From contig JABWCP010000005.1 of the NCBI GenBank assembly GCA_013360215.1, forward strand, positions 62,001 to 126,000: a stretch of 64,000 bases of DNA. Direction: 5' to 3'. The position numbers and the translations under genes are program-made. Origin of the DNA: a bacterium (lineage in GTDB: Bacteria > CLD3 > SB21). This document shows positions 31,025-40,885 of the stretch, piece after piece. A model generated the notes under the pieces. That model saw nothing but the letters and a program-made list of their open reading frames with translations. It searched no databases and was not told where the DNA came from. Within the stretch, counting starts at the first letter, position 1, and each line of letters opens with the position of its first letter.

Positions 31025-31849
31025 TTGGAAAAATATTTTCTTTTCAGTATTGATCTCGAAGACGTTCGTTTTTGGATGACCGAAGGCAAAAAGTACCGCG
31101 AACGCGTCCCGGCCATGACGGAGCGTTATCTGAAATTTTTGGCCCAACATCGCATGACGTGCACTTTTTTCGTCGTGGGCGATGTCGCAGAAGCCTACCC
31201 GTCCCTAATCCGCGAAATCTATTCCGCAGGGCATGAAATTGCTTGCCATACGCATCGGCACATACCTCTTGACCAACAAACACCGGAAACATTTCGCGAT
31301 GACCTGCTTCGCAACATGGACGGACTTCACAAAACGGGCGTGGAGACCCTGAACGGATTTCGCGCACCTATTTTTTCGTTGACCAAAAAAACACAATGGG
31401 CTTATGAAATTCTCATCGAGCAGGGTTTTACGTATTCCAGTTCAGTACTGCCTGCGACCAATCCCTTGTACGGTTGGCCGGAATTTGGAGCGGCCTTTCG
31501 CCGAATGCATGATCGCATCTGGGAATTGCCGATCACTCTTTTTCCTTCGCGTTTTATTTCCGTCCCATGTGCGGGTGGTTTGTATTTTCGCACATTGCCT
31601 TTGTGGATGACGGCGCGCGCCTTTCGTCATCACTGGAATCAATCACGCCCGGTGCTCAGCTATTTTCATCCTTATGATATTGACACCGAGCAGGAGCATT
31701 TCATGCATCCGGGCTTAAAAGACAACCGGTTTTATAACTGGGTGATGTATCAAAACCGCGGCACGATGCTTGATAAAATAGATACTATCCTTGCCGACGG
31801 GGCAACAATTATTCCTTATCGTGATTATATCAGCCGGCATCTTCAATGA
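31025..31849 (+). CDS. Polysaccharide deacetylase (CE4/NodB plus DUF3473-like)
   Basis: FSIDLED; TFFVVG; GHEIACHTHRH; GFRAPIFS; YSSS; GGLYFR; YFHPYDID; TTG start. Confidence 0.9.
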   Translation: MEKYFLFSIDLEDVRFWMTEGKKYRERVPAMTERYLKFLAQHRMTCTFFVVGDVAEAYPSLIREIYSAGHEIACHTHRHIPLDQQTPETFRDDLLRNMDGLHKTGVETLNGFRAPIFSLTKKTQWAYEILIEQGFTYSSSVLPATNPLYGWPEFGAAFRRMHDRIWELPITLFPSRFISVPCAGGLYFRTLPLWMTARAFRHHWNQSRPVLSYFHPYDIDTEQEHFMHPGLKDNRFYNWVMYQNRGTMLDKIDTILADGATIIPYRDYISRHLQ

Positions 31850-31862
31850 CTATAATCGTTCA

Positions 31863-31891
31863 TTGAAAAAGCCGCTCAAAATACGTATGAT
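31863..31891 (+). promoter_or_regulatory. Candidate sigma70 promoter of the ACP/FabH/FkbH operon
   Basis: TTGAAA-N17-TATGAT about 40 nt before the ACP start; GGAG SD. Confidence 0.55.
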
Positions 31892-31929
31892 AGGTTTCCG
31901 TTTTTCAGTTTAGCAATATTGGAGTTTGA

Positions 31930-32229
31930 ATGAATACCGAACAGGTTTTAAACGTTATCCAGGAGTCGTTTGACAGTCTTACGCGCAGCGGGTTGATCGC
32001 TTCGCAAGTACAGGTAACACCGGATCTTGTAATTCTCGGCAATGGATCACCACTGGATTCGATGGCTTTTGTTACATTGTTTACCGATTTGGAAGAACGC
32101 ATCGCGACGGCTTCCGGCAAAGACATCTTTCTTGTGTTAGATGAAATCGAAGGTTTTAATATTAATAACCCGTTTCTGTCAGCCGAAACCATAGCCGGCT
32201 ACATCGTCGGCTTGATTCAAAAAGGATAA
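31930..32229 (+). CDS. Acyl carrier protein (atypical)
   Basis: Small acidic protein; GSPLDSMAFV phosphopantetheine-site motif; operon context. Confidence 0.75.
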   Translation: MNTEQVLNVIQESFDSLTRSGLIASQVQVTPDLVILGNGSPLDSMAFVTLFTDLEERIATASGKDIFLVLDEIEGFNINNPFLSAETIAGYIVGLIQKG

Positions 32230-32233
32230 CATC

Positions 32234-32938
32234 ATGGCTACGCCGGTTATGATCATCACCGGTACCAGCAAAGGTATCGGCAAAGGATTAGCAGAATATT
32301 TTCTAAATAAAGGATACCGTGTTTTCGGATGCAGCCGAAGCGAGGCGACGATCACACATGCCGCTTATCATCACACAGCTTTGGATGTGAGTAATGAATC
32401 CGCCGTACGGCTATGGATTCGCACGGTGAAAAAAGAAGGCGGTCGTATTGATGTTTTGGTTTGCAATGCCGGTTTGGTCGAATCGGCGCTCCAGATGACG
32501 GTCACGCCCGGCGATGTACTCGAAGCCTATCTCAAGACCAATGTGGCCGGCACGTACTACGTATGCCGTGAGACAGCCAAGACCATGTTGCTGCAGAAAC
32601 AAGGTCGTATCATCACGATTTCCTCTATCATGACGCGCCTTCATGCGCCCGGTACATCCGTATATTCGGCCACCAAAAGTGCAATCGAACAAATGACCAA
32701 AGTACTTGCCCGTGAAATGGCACCGCTCGGAATTACTTGCAACGTCGTCGCGCCTTCGATGTCGCCGACGGATGCGGCTAAATCGTTTGGCCCGGAATGG
32801 GAAAAAAATATGTTAGCCCAGCAGACCATACAGCGTCCTATCACCACAGACGAAATCGCCAATGTGATCTCATTTTATGCCGCGCCCGAAAGCGCCTGCA
32901 TCACAGGCCAAGTCACTTATATGGGTCTTGTGGACTGA
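32234..32938 (+). CDS. SDR oxidoreductase (3-oxoacyl-ACP reductase-like)
   Basis: TGTSKGIG; NAG; YSATK. Confidence 0.9.
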   Translation: MATPVMIITGTSKGIGKGLAEYFLNKGYRVFGCSRSEATITHAAYHHTALDVSNESAVRLWIRTVKKEGGRIDVLVCNAGLVESALQMTVTPGDVLEAYLKTNVAGTYYVCRETAKTMLLQKQGRIITISSIMTRLHAPGTSVYSATKSAIEQMTKVLAREMAPLGITCNVVAPSMSPTDAAKSFGPEWEKNMLAQQTIQRPITTDEIANVISFYAAPESACITGQVTYMGLVD

Positions 32939-32963
32939 CCTTGGACGAAAGCGCGAATACGGC

Positions 32964-33659
32964 ATGGAAGGCATTTACGAATATATATTAGACGGTTTTA
33001 AAATCACGGAAGTCGTGACGGATCCGCTGTGGAAAGAAAATTGTTATCTTATCACAAGTGCATCCGGCGAACAAGCGTTGATTGATCCCGGTTATGATGC
33101 CGATCGTTTAGCGGATCTGATTTCCCAAAACGGGGACCGCGGACTGACTTGGGTTTTGCTGACCCACGCCCATCATGATCATGTGGGCGCTGTAACTCCG
33201 ATTTGTCGTATGTTTTCCATTCCGGCCTATTTGCATAAAGATGACCATAAATTAATACGGCATGCACCGATGTATGCGATTCGTTTCGGCCGTCAACCCA
33301 TTCCGATGCCGCAGCCGGTCAATTTTTTTGAGACGCCGCACGTATTTGAACTGGGTGCCCTCGCCCTACGCGCACTGCATGTGCCGGGCCACACCAAAGG
33401 CGGCGCGGCGTTCGTATTGGGTGACGCCCTTTTTACGGGCGATACACTAATGCACAAACATGTCGGGAGAGCGGATTTACCGGGCAGCGACATGACTATG
33501 CTGAAACAGTCCGTGGATAAACTGCTGTCCGAACATCACGATACGGCACGTATTTTTGCAGGTCACGGAAAACCATGGACCATCGGTGAAGCGCGCGAAT
33601 GGTGGGCATCGGCAAAAAATGAACCCGGCGTACATGATCATTTTGATACATTTGCTTAA
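32964..33659 (+). CDS. MBL-fold hydrolase (glyoxalase II-like)
   Basis: ENCYL; IDPG; THAHHDHVG; PGHT; FTGD; GHG; ATG 32964 preferred because it avoids overlap with the SDR. Confidence 0.85.
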   Translation: MEGIYEYILDGFKITEVVTDPLWKENCYLITSASGEQALIDPGYDADRLADLISQNGDRGLTWVLLTHAHHDHVGAVTPICRMFSIPAYLHKDDHKLIRHAPMYAIRFGRQPIPMPQPVNFFETPHVFELGALALRALHVPGHTKGGAAFVLGDALFTGDTLMHKHVGRADLPGSDMTMLKQSVDKLLSEHHDTARIFAGHGKPWTIGEAREWWASAKNEPGVHDHFDTFA

Positions 33660-33679
33660 CGTAACACGATAAAATATTC

Positions 33680-34663
33680 ATGGGTATAGGCATTACCGGC
33701 GTAGGAAAATATATTCCTTCCAAAGAAATCACCAATGAGCAGGTCGAAGCGTGGACCGGAGTATCGGCCGCCGATATTATTTCTAAAATCGGCGTTACCA
33801 AACGATTTGTCGTCGAAGCGCACGAAACCGCATCGGGCATGTCCGTCGAAGCGGCCCGACAAGCCATGGTTATGGCGGGTATCACTGCCGATCAAATCGG
33901 CCTGATTATTTGTGCGACCTTCACCGGAGATTATCTGTGTCCGGCGATGGCATGCCGCGTGCAAGAGCAACTCGGCGCTAAAAATGCGGGCGCTTACGAT
34001 GTTATGGCCAATTGCACCGGCTTCCAAATCGGCTTGGCCAATGCGGCCGATCGCATGACCCTGGATTCTTCGATAGCCTATGCTCTCGTGATCGGTACTG
34101 CGCTGCAATCCCGTTTTATCAACTGGAAAGACCCCAATTCGGCTATTTATTTTAGTGACGGCGCCGGTGCAGCAATACTTGCGCGTGTACCGGAAGGATA
34201 TGGTGTACTCGCCTCGGATATTATGGCCAACGGCAAAGTGTACGACGCCGTGCGCGTTCGCGGCGGCGGATCAAGCTACCCACTGCGAACGGAGAATGTA
34301 AACGATGTACTTCCGTATTTCGAATTAAACGGCCTGGAAGTATGGAAACAGGTGGTGCAATTTCAACCCCGCGTCATCATGCGTGTGCTTGAAAAAATTT
34401 CCAAAAAAACCGATGCCGTCGATTTTTTTATTTTTCATCAGGCTAATCTTCGGTTAATCGAATTTCTCATGGCCAAGATGAAGCATCCCATGCATAAAAC
34501 GCAGACCAATGTGGAAACCATAGGCAATACCGGCGAAGCCTCGATGGCTATCGCGCTTTGCGATGCCGTACTTGCCGGCAAATTGCAACGCGATCAATTG
34601 GTCGTGATTTCCGGCGTCGGTGCCGGATTTATTTTCGGCGCGACAGTTCTGCGCTGGTACTAA
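33680..34663 (+). CDS. 3-oxoacyl-ACP synthase III (FabH)-family condensing enzyme
   Basis: Cys-His-Asn triad: ANCTGF, FHQAN, IGNTG; FSDGAGA; GVGAGF. Confidence 0.92.
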   Translation: MGIGITGVGKYIPSKEITNEQVEAWTGVSAADIISKIGVTKRFVVEAHETASGMSVEAARQAMVMAGITADQIGLIICATFTGDYLCPAMACRVQEQLGAKNAGAYDVMANCTGFQIGLANAADRMTLDSSIAYALVIGTALQSRFINWKDPNSAIYFSDGAGAAILARVPEGYGVLASDIMANGKVYDAVRVRGGGSSYPLRTENVNDVLPYFELNGLEVWKQVVQFQPRVIMRVLEKISKKTDAVDFFIFHQANLRLIEFLMAKMKHPMHKTQTNVETIGNTGEASMAIALCDAVLAGKLQRDQLVVISGVGAGFIFGATVLRWY

Positions 34664-34713
34664 TAAAAAACGTGCGCTCTGATTTATTTTGATTAACTTA
34701 CCCTTAAAAAAAC

Positions 34714-35901
34714 ATGCCCGACTACACACAGATACAAATCGGCGACAGCGCTGAAATTCGCCACACGATCACGGCAAGCGACATTGAAAAATTTGTCGCT
34801 CTGACCGGCGATGATAACAAAATGCATGTGGATGAAAACTTCGCCGGCCGCACCTCATTTAAAAAACCGGTCGTACACGGCATGCTCGGAGCATCCTTTA
34901 TTTCAACAGTAATAGGCACCAAACTTCCGGGTGACGGTGCATTGTGGTTTTCTCAAAGTTTGGAATTTCTACTGCCGGTCCGTATCGGAGACGAGATCAC
35001 CGTTCGCGCTGAAGTCCTGCGTAAAATAGATGCCGAACAAATCATCGAATTGCAAACGGATATCATCAATCAGCACAAACAAAAAGTCACCACCGGGAAA
35101 GCCAAAGTCAAAGTGATCGCTCAGGAAAAACCTTCCGTAGTTGAAGAAACAACCGTGAGAAAGAAAGTGGCGCTGATCATCGGGGCTACCGGAGGTATCG
35201 GTCAAGCCACATGTCGTATGCTTGCAAAACAAGGTTTTGATGTCGCTGTACATTATTTTTCCAACGAAAAAAGAGCTTTCGATCTTGTGGCTTCTGTTAA
35301 AAACGAAGGTCGCGCAGCACATGCATTTAAAGCAGATATTTTCAAACCGGAAGATATTCAACATTTGGCCGAAGATGTAACACGGAAACTCGGGACCGTA
35401 ACGGTTTTGGTCAATGCGGCTACGGTGAAAATACCGGCCATCAAGTGGGCGTCGGTCGCATGGGATGATATCACCCAACAGTGGGACATCAATGTGCGGG
35501 CATCATTTTACCTCTGCAAAGGCATCATCCCGCTGATGGAAAAGCAAAAGTACGGCAAGATCATTTTGCTAACTACGATGTACACGGAAAGTACACCGCC
35601 GGCTGAACTCATGGGTTATGTTACTGCCAAATATGCGCTCAACGGATTTGCCAAAGCGTTGGCGGTAGAAATGGCGCCAAAAAATATTACAGTAAATCTC
35701 GTTTCGCCCGGCATGACCGATACGGAACTGGTAGCCGACGTACCTGAAAAAGTAAAACTATTGAACGCCATGAAAGCACCGATGAAACGGCTTGCCCAAT
35801 CCGAAGACGTCGCCGGCGCTATCGCTTACCTGGCGTCCGATGCGGCAGATTATATCACCGGAGAGACGATCCGCGTCAATGGCGGTCAAACGATGTTATG
35901 A
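34714..35901 (+). CDS. MaoC-type dehydratase - SDR ketoreductase fusion
   Basis: N-terminal GDDNKMHVD / VVHGML hot-dog motif; C-terminal GATGGIG, YVTAK, VSPG, ITGETIRVNGG. Confidence 0.9.
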   Translation: MPDYTQIQIGDSAEIRHTITASDIEKFVALTGDDNKMHVDENFAGRTSFKKPVVHGMLGASFISTVIGTKLPGDGALWFSQSLEFLLPVRIGDEITVRAEVLRKIDAEQIIELQTDIINQHKQKVTTGKAKVKVIAQEKPSVVEETTVRKKVALIIGATGGIGQATCRMLAKQGFDVAVHYFSNEKRAFDLVASVKNEGRAAHAFKADIFKPEDIQHLAEDVTRKLGTVTVLVNAATVKIPAIKWASVAWDDITQQWDINVRASFYLCKGIIPLMEKQKYGKIILLTTMYTESTPPAELMGYVTAKYALNGFAKALAVEMAPKNITVNLVSPGMTDTELVADVPEKVKLLNAMKAPMKRLAQSEDVAGAIAYLASDAADYITGETIRVNGGQTML

Positions 35902-37679
35902 TGATCCCCGAACGCCTTACAGACATCACGCTTCCCGATACGCTTTCGGAAACCATTGCTCTGGTAAATCATCTCGACCATTTAGAAAAAAAACCGGAGC
36001 AATCCGTACGCATTCATATTTTGCGTAATTTTACGATCGAAGGCATTGAACCTTTTCTCAAGTTTTATCACTACCAATCCGGCATACGCCCTGAAATCAG
36101 TTTCGGGAATTACGACAATGTCCGGCAGGAATTGTTAGATAAAAATTCCTCGTTGTATCAGCGCCATCCGGACATCGTCGTGCTCGGTCTCGTACTTGAG
36201 ACTTTGGATACCAACCTGCGTACATTCGGATGGACTGCAGACCGCGTCATATCGGAAATCGAATCGTTGCTGGATACGGCTTTACAAAACACACAAGCAT
36301 TGCTTGCCGTTAACACATTCGTGCCGCCTTGGGATTCCGAATGGGGCATGTACCGATCACCGGACGCCGCGGAACGTTTTGAAGAAGTACAACGAATAAA
36401 CCGAAAGATCCGTGAACGCGTGCGTCGCGATCCGATGCGGCTCTATCTGATGGACTGGGAGCGCTATCTTATTCGCCTGGGTGAAGAAGCGGCTATGGAT
36501 TATCGTTTTTGGTACACGTCCAAGGCACCTTTTAAAAAAGATTTTATGTCTGCGTATGCCTTCGATATCGCCAAACTCAGCCGCGGATTAAAAGGTAAAA
36601 CCAAAAAATGCCTCGTTCTTGATTGCGACAACACCCTTTGGGGTGGGATTATCGGCGAAGACGGCGTGTCGGGTATTAAACTGGACCGCGACAGTTTTCC
36701 CGGACGCGTGTATCGCGACTTCCAGCTTAATGCGCTCGCTTTGTATGAGCGTGGTATTCTTCTTACGCTCTGCAGTAAAAACAACGAGGCCGACGTGTGG
36801 GAAGTTTTTGATCATCATCCGGATATGGCGCTTCGGCGCGAACATATCGCGGCTTGGCGTATCAACTGGACCGATAAAGCAACGAATATTCGTTCCCTCG
36901 CGGAGGAACTGAATATCGGTCTCGACAGTTTTGTTTTTGTAGATGACAGCCCCGCCGAATGCGAGCTTGTCCGAACGATGATCCCGGATGTCACCGTGCT
37001 TCAGGTTCCTCAAAAATTATACACCTATCCGCCATTTGTGATACGATCCGGTTTTTTTGATGCGTTGCAGGTAAGCTCAGAAGACAAAAATCGCACGCGC
37101 ATGATGCACGAAGAATCCATGCGACGCGTCGAAGAAGCACGCTATACTTCCATTGATGATTATTTAGCCTCCCTTCAATTGTACGCTACCATCCACGAAG
37201 CCACAACCGATGAGATACCGCGCGTGGCGCAGCTGACGCAAAAGACCAATCAATTCAATGTTACCACACGGCGTTATTCCGAAGCACAAATCACGGCTTT
37301 TGCTGAAAACCCGGATGCTTCGGTATGGACTATGCGTGCCGGCGATAAATTCGGTGATTTCGGTTTGACGGCGGTTATCATCGTGACGCGTAACGGCGAT
37401 ACGGCCGAGATGGACTCTTTTTTACTCAGTTGCCGCATACTCGGACGCAAACTGGAAACGGCATTTGTTCGGCACGTCATGGCGGCACTCACACCGCGCT
37501 GGAGTATACGCACATGGCAAGCGTACTACATACCGACTAAAAAGAATGGTCAAACTGAAAAATTTTGGGACAGTTTCGGCTTCCGACCGACGCCACAAGC
37601 GGATCGAAGTGTGAAATATACGATAGACGCGTCGGCACTGGATACGACACCCATTCCGTTTATTTCTTACAGGAGTTAA
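35898..37679 (+). CDS. FkbH-like HAD-IIIC glyceryl transferase/phosphatase
   Basis: LVLDCDNTLWGG; CSKNN; FVDDSPAE; QLTQKTNQFN; LLSCRILGR (acyl-carrying Cys); ATGA overlap with the upstream gene. Confidence 0.93.
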   Translation: MMIPERLTDITLPDTLSETIALVNHLDHLEKKPEQSVRIHILRNFTIEGIEPFLKFYHYQSGIRPEISFGNYDNVRQELLDKNSSLYQRHPDIVVLGLVLETLDTNLRTFGWTADRVISEIESLLDTALQNTQALLAVNTFVPPWDSEWGMYRSPDAAERFEEVQRINRKIRERVRRDPMRLYLMDWERYLIRLGEEAAMDYRFWYTSKAPFKKDFMSAYAFDIAKLSRGLKGKTKKCLVLDCDNTLWGGIIGEDGVSGIKLDRDSFPGRVYRDFQLNALALYERGILLTLCSKNNEADVWEVFDHHPDMALRREHIAAWRINWTDKATNIRSLAEELNIGLDSFVFVDDSPAECELVRTMIPDVTVLQVPQKLYTYPPFVIRSGFFDALQVSSEDKNRTRMMHEESMRRVEEARYTSIDDYLASLQLYATIHEATTDEIPRVAQLTQKTNQFNVTTRRYSEAQITAFAENPDASVWTMRAGDKFGDFGLTAVIIVTRNGDTAEMDSFLLSCRILGRKLETAFVRHVMAALTPRWSIRTWQAYYIPTKKNGQTEKFWDSFGFRPTPQADRSVKYTIDASALDTTPIPFISYRS

Positions 37680-37680
37680 T

Positions 37681-37926
37681 ATGGCTAAGACGACCCATGA
37701 CATAAAAAAAGTTATGGCGCGGATTTTTGAAGTAGACCCCTCATCGCTGCACGACACTATACGTCAGGATGAAGTTGAAAACTGGGACAGTTTACGGCAC
37801 ATGAACCTCATACTCGGTCTCGAAGAAGAATTTGGCGTAGAATTTACCCCCGAACAAAGCGTCGAGATACTGAGTTTGCCGCTCATCAAAGTTACACTAC
37901 AAGAACTGGGAGTTACTTTTTCGTAA
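37681..37926 (+). CDS. Acyl carrier protein
   Basis: NWDSLRHMNLILGLEEEFGV; AGGAG SD; directly after fkbH-like gene. Confidence 0.9.
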   Translation: MAKTTHDIKKVMARIFEVDPSSLHDTIRQDEVENWDSLRHMNLILGLEEEFGVEFTPEQSVEILSLPLIKVTLQELGVTFS

Positions 37927-37930
37927 TCGT

Positions 37931-39292
37931 ATGCAGTCCATTCAAACCATACTCCGACGACTCACAGAAGCACCCGACAAGGAAGCGCTGTACTGGAACG
38001 ATCGTTTTTTTTCTTATGCGGAATTAAACACCGCTATAGCCGCGTGGGAACCTGTTTTGAAAGACAACGGGGTCGGCCGCGGCACTGTTTGTGCTTTTTT
38101 AGGTGATTATTCACCGCAGACGGCGGCACTCATTTTTGCGTTGATGAAAGTCAAAGCTGTGATGGTTCCTTTTACATATGCGATCCAACGCGAAATCGAA
38201 GAATTCAAAAACATTGCCGGTGTCGAATGTATGTTCCGTTTTGCTCCGGACGACACATGGACCTTTGAAAGGTACAATGCCGTTCCGCGGAACGCGTTGA
38301 TTGAGGATTTTATGCAGCGCGACGTACCGGGGCTGATCGTATTTTCAAGCGGATCAACCGGCAAACCTAAGGGTATTTTGCAGGATTGCGAACGTGTCAT
38401 GCATAAATTTGTCGAAAAAAGACCGGGATGGCGTACACTTCTTTTTTTGATGATGGATCACTTTGGGGGATTTAACACATTTTTATCATCGTTTGCTTAC
38501 GGAGGTACGGCCGTTTGTCTTCCGGATCGCAATCCTGATACCGTGTGCCGCATCATACAAACTTCACGTGCGACACTCTTGCCCACGACACCGACATTTA
38601 TCAACCTTCTTTTGGCATCACGCGTGTACGGGCAATACGATCTGTCTTCGGTCAAAATGATTACCTATGGTACGGAAGTCATGAATGCCGCAACTCTTTC
38701 GAAAGTCCGCGATATTTTTCCTAATGCGCAGATCAAACAAACTTACGGTCTTTCCGAACTCGGCGTGTTGCGCTCGCAATCTGAAAGTGATGATTCCGTG
38801 TGGGTCAAAATCGGAGGTGCCGGTTTTGAAGTAAAAATCGTCGATAATATTTTGTGGATTCGGTCCGAAGCCAATATGGTCGGCTACCTCAATGCGCCCA
38901 GCCCTTTTGACAACGAAGGATGGATGTGTACCGGCGATCAAGTTGAGGTGCGCGGTGAATACATGCGTATCCTCGGTCGCAAATCGGAAATGATCAATGT
39001 CGGCGGTCAAAAAGTTTTCCCCGTCGAAGTCGAGAACGTTTTAATGGAAGCCGGTAATGTACGCGAAGTCAGCGTTTTCGCGAAACCCCATCCGATCATG
39101 GGTCACGTCGTGCACGCCAAAATCACCCTGCATGAACCGGAAGACACACTTCTTGCTACGGAACGTCTTCGCAAATTTTGTCTCGAGCGTATGGCAAAAT
39201 ACAAAGTACCGGTTAAATTTGTTTTTGTAGATAACAACGAACAACATAACGCGCGATTCAAAAAAATACGCCGCGATTCGGAGTCTTCCTAG
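37931..39292 (+). CDS. AMP-dependent acyl-CoA/acyl-ACP ligase (ANL superfamily)
   Basis: FSSGSTGKPKG; TYGLSE; TGD; GRKSEMINVGGQKVFP. Confidence 0.9.
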   Translation: MQSIQTILRRLTEAPDKEALYWNDRFFSYAELNTAIAAWEPVLKDNGVGRGTVCAFLGDYSPQTAALIFALMKVKAVMVPFTYAIQREIEEFKNIAGVECMFRFAPDDTWTFERYNAVPRNALIEDFMQRDVPGLIVFSSGSTGKPKGILQDCERVMHKFVEKRPGWRTLLFLMMDHFGGFNTFLSSFAYGGTAVCLPDRNPDTVCRIIQTSRATLLPTTPTFINLLLASRVYGQYDLSSVKMITYGTEVMNAATLSKVRDIFPNAQIKQTYGLSELGVLRSQSESDDSVWVKIGGAGFEVKIVDNILWIRSEANMVGYLNAPSPFDNEGWMCTGDQVEVRGEYMRILGRKSEMINVGGQKVFPVEVENVLMEAGNVREVSVFAKPHPIMGHVVHAKITLHEPEDTLLATERLRKFCLERMAKYKVPVKFVFVDNNEQHNARFKKIRRDSESS

Positions 39293-39813
39293 TGAGTTCA
39301 TTCTTCCTGCGCCCGTCTTTGTTGAGCGATGAAACGGCCATTTATAATCTTTATAACCGGGTTGCCGCTATACGCGGAGGACTTGCTCGTGAAACGCATG
39401 AAGTCACTTCCGATTATGTTCACCATTTTCTATCACGAAGCATCGCAACCGGTTTATCCATCATCGCAATCAATGAGAACGAATGCCTTGGTGAAATACA
39501 CGCCTACAGACCGGGCATTAAAGTATTTGATCATGTTTTGAGTGAACTCACGATCGCCGTTGACCCGAAGGCACAAGGTCTGGGTATCGGAAAACAACTC
39601 TTTACGACTTTTTTAGACACCGTCCGCACAACCATGCCGAACATATTGCGCGTAGAACTCATTGCACGCGAGAGTAATTCTAAAGCCATACGCATGTACG
39701 AAAAACTCGGATTCGTGACCGAGGGTCGTTTTGAAAATCGTATTCGCAGTGTGGATGGTGGTTTGGAAGCGGATATACCGATGGCTTGGATGAATCCTAA
39801 CTACAAAGGTTGA
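39292..39813 (+). CDS. GNAT N-acyltransferase
   Basis: AVDPKAQGLGIG; NSKAIRMYEKLGF; GTG start overlaps the TAG of the ligase. Confidence 0.88.
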   Translation: MSSFFLRPSLLSDETAIYNLYNRVAAIRGGLARETHEVTSDYVHHFLSRSIATGLSIIAINENECLGEIHAYRPGIKVFDHVLSELTIAVDPKAQGLGIGKQLFTTFLDTVRTTMPNILRVELIARESNSKAIRMYEKLGFVTEGRFENRIRSVDGGLEADIPMAWMNPNYKG

Positions 39814-39819
39814 CCGTTC

Positions 39820-40866
39820 GTGAAAAAAGTAAAACTATGGAACGCTTTAATTTTTTTTAAACCAACCGCTGTCCTCTTTTTTTCCATTTTACTTTCTGCT
39901 TGTACACCACCGCCACCGATAGGCCCTTTGCCCGGCAAAACTCCGGATTCATTTCGTATCGCTTTCGGTTCTTGCAATAAAACATTTCTTCCCCAGCCGC
40001 TATGGAATCCGATCAGGACTGCCCAACCCGATCTTTGGATGTGGCTCGGTGACATCGTTTACGGTGATCGCGGCGGAATTGACACCATACGATGGATGTA
40101 CAATTTTCAAAAAAAACATCCGGACTACGCCGCGTTACGACAAACCGTACCGGTGATCGGAATTTGGGACGATCACGATTACGGTGTCAATGACGGCGGC
40201 AGCGAATATGAACACAAAAAAGAAACCCAACGTCTATTGATGGATTTTTTGGATGAACCCGCTGAAAGCCCTCGGCGCTTGCAAGAAGGTATTTATACGT
40301 CGTATCGCTACGACAAGCTCAATACCCGCATAAAGCTCATACTTCTTGATGAACGTTCATTCCGTGAAGAGCCGCGTGCCAACAAGGATATACTCGGCGA
40401 TAAACAATGGCAATGGTTGTACGGCGAGCTCTTCGGAGATACGACGGATATCACATTGATCGCTTCTTCCAGTCAAATTATCCCCAACGATAATTACGCG
40501 TTCAATGAAGTGTGGCAAGATTATCCGGCTTCAAGGGACAAAATTTTATCCTGGCTCAAAACGGTGCCGGGCACCGTATTCATTGTGAGCGGTGACCGAC
40601 ACTATGCCGAAATATCTCAAATCGAAAACGGCCGAAATAATGGCCGATCGACATTGACGGAGCTTACGTCCAGCGGATTGACACATACCAAAAATTATAC
40701 GCTTTATAGTTTACTGCCGATCGAACCTAATTCACACCGCGTCGGTGATTTTTACGGCGGACTGAATTTTGGCGTGATTGACATTGATGCCGTACAACGT
40801 AAAGTTTTCGGTTACGTGTGCGATCACGAATCCATGATACGTTTACAACTGGTTATCGATTACTAA
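39820..40866 (+). CDS. Alkaline phosphatase D (PhoD)-family lipoprotein
   Basis: Lipobox LSAC; FGSC; WLGDIVY; WDDHD; SGDRH. Confidence 0.88.
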   Translation: MKKVKLWNALIFFKPTAVLFFSILLSACTPPPPIGPLPGKTPDSFRIAFGSCNKTFLPQPLWNPIRTAQPDLWMWLGDIVYGDRGGIDTIRWMYNFQKKHPDYAALRQTVPVIGIWDDHDYGVNDGGSEYEHKKETQRLLMDFLDEPAESPRRLQEGIYTSYRYDKLNTRIKLILLDERSFREEPRANKDILGDKQWQWLYGELFGDTTDITLIASSSQIIPNDNYAFNEVWQDYPASRDKILSWLKTVPGTVFIVSGDRHYAEISQIENGRNNGRSTLTELTSSGLTHTKNYTLYSLLPIEPNSHRVGDFYGGLNFGVIDIDAVQRKVFGYVCDHESMIRLQLVIDY

Positions 40867-40885
40867 AAACACTTCCGCAGGTTCC

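Noticed and set aside
33680-34663. Labelling this gene as housekeeping fabH
   Set aside because: No plsX/fabD/fabF/acpP context; it sits in a specialised FkbH operon, so the symbol is withheld
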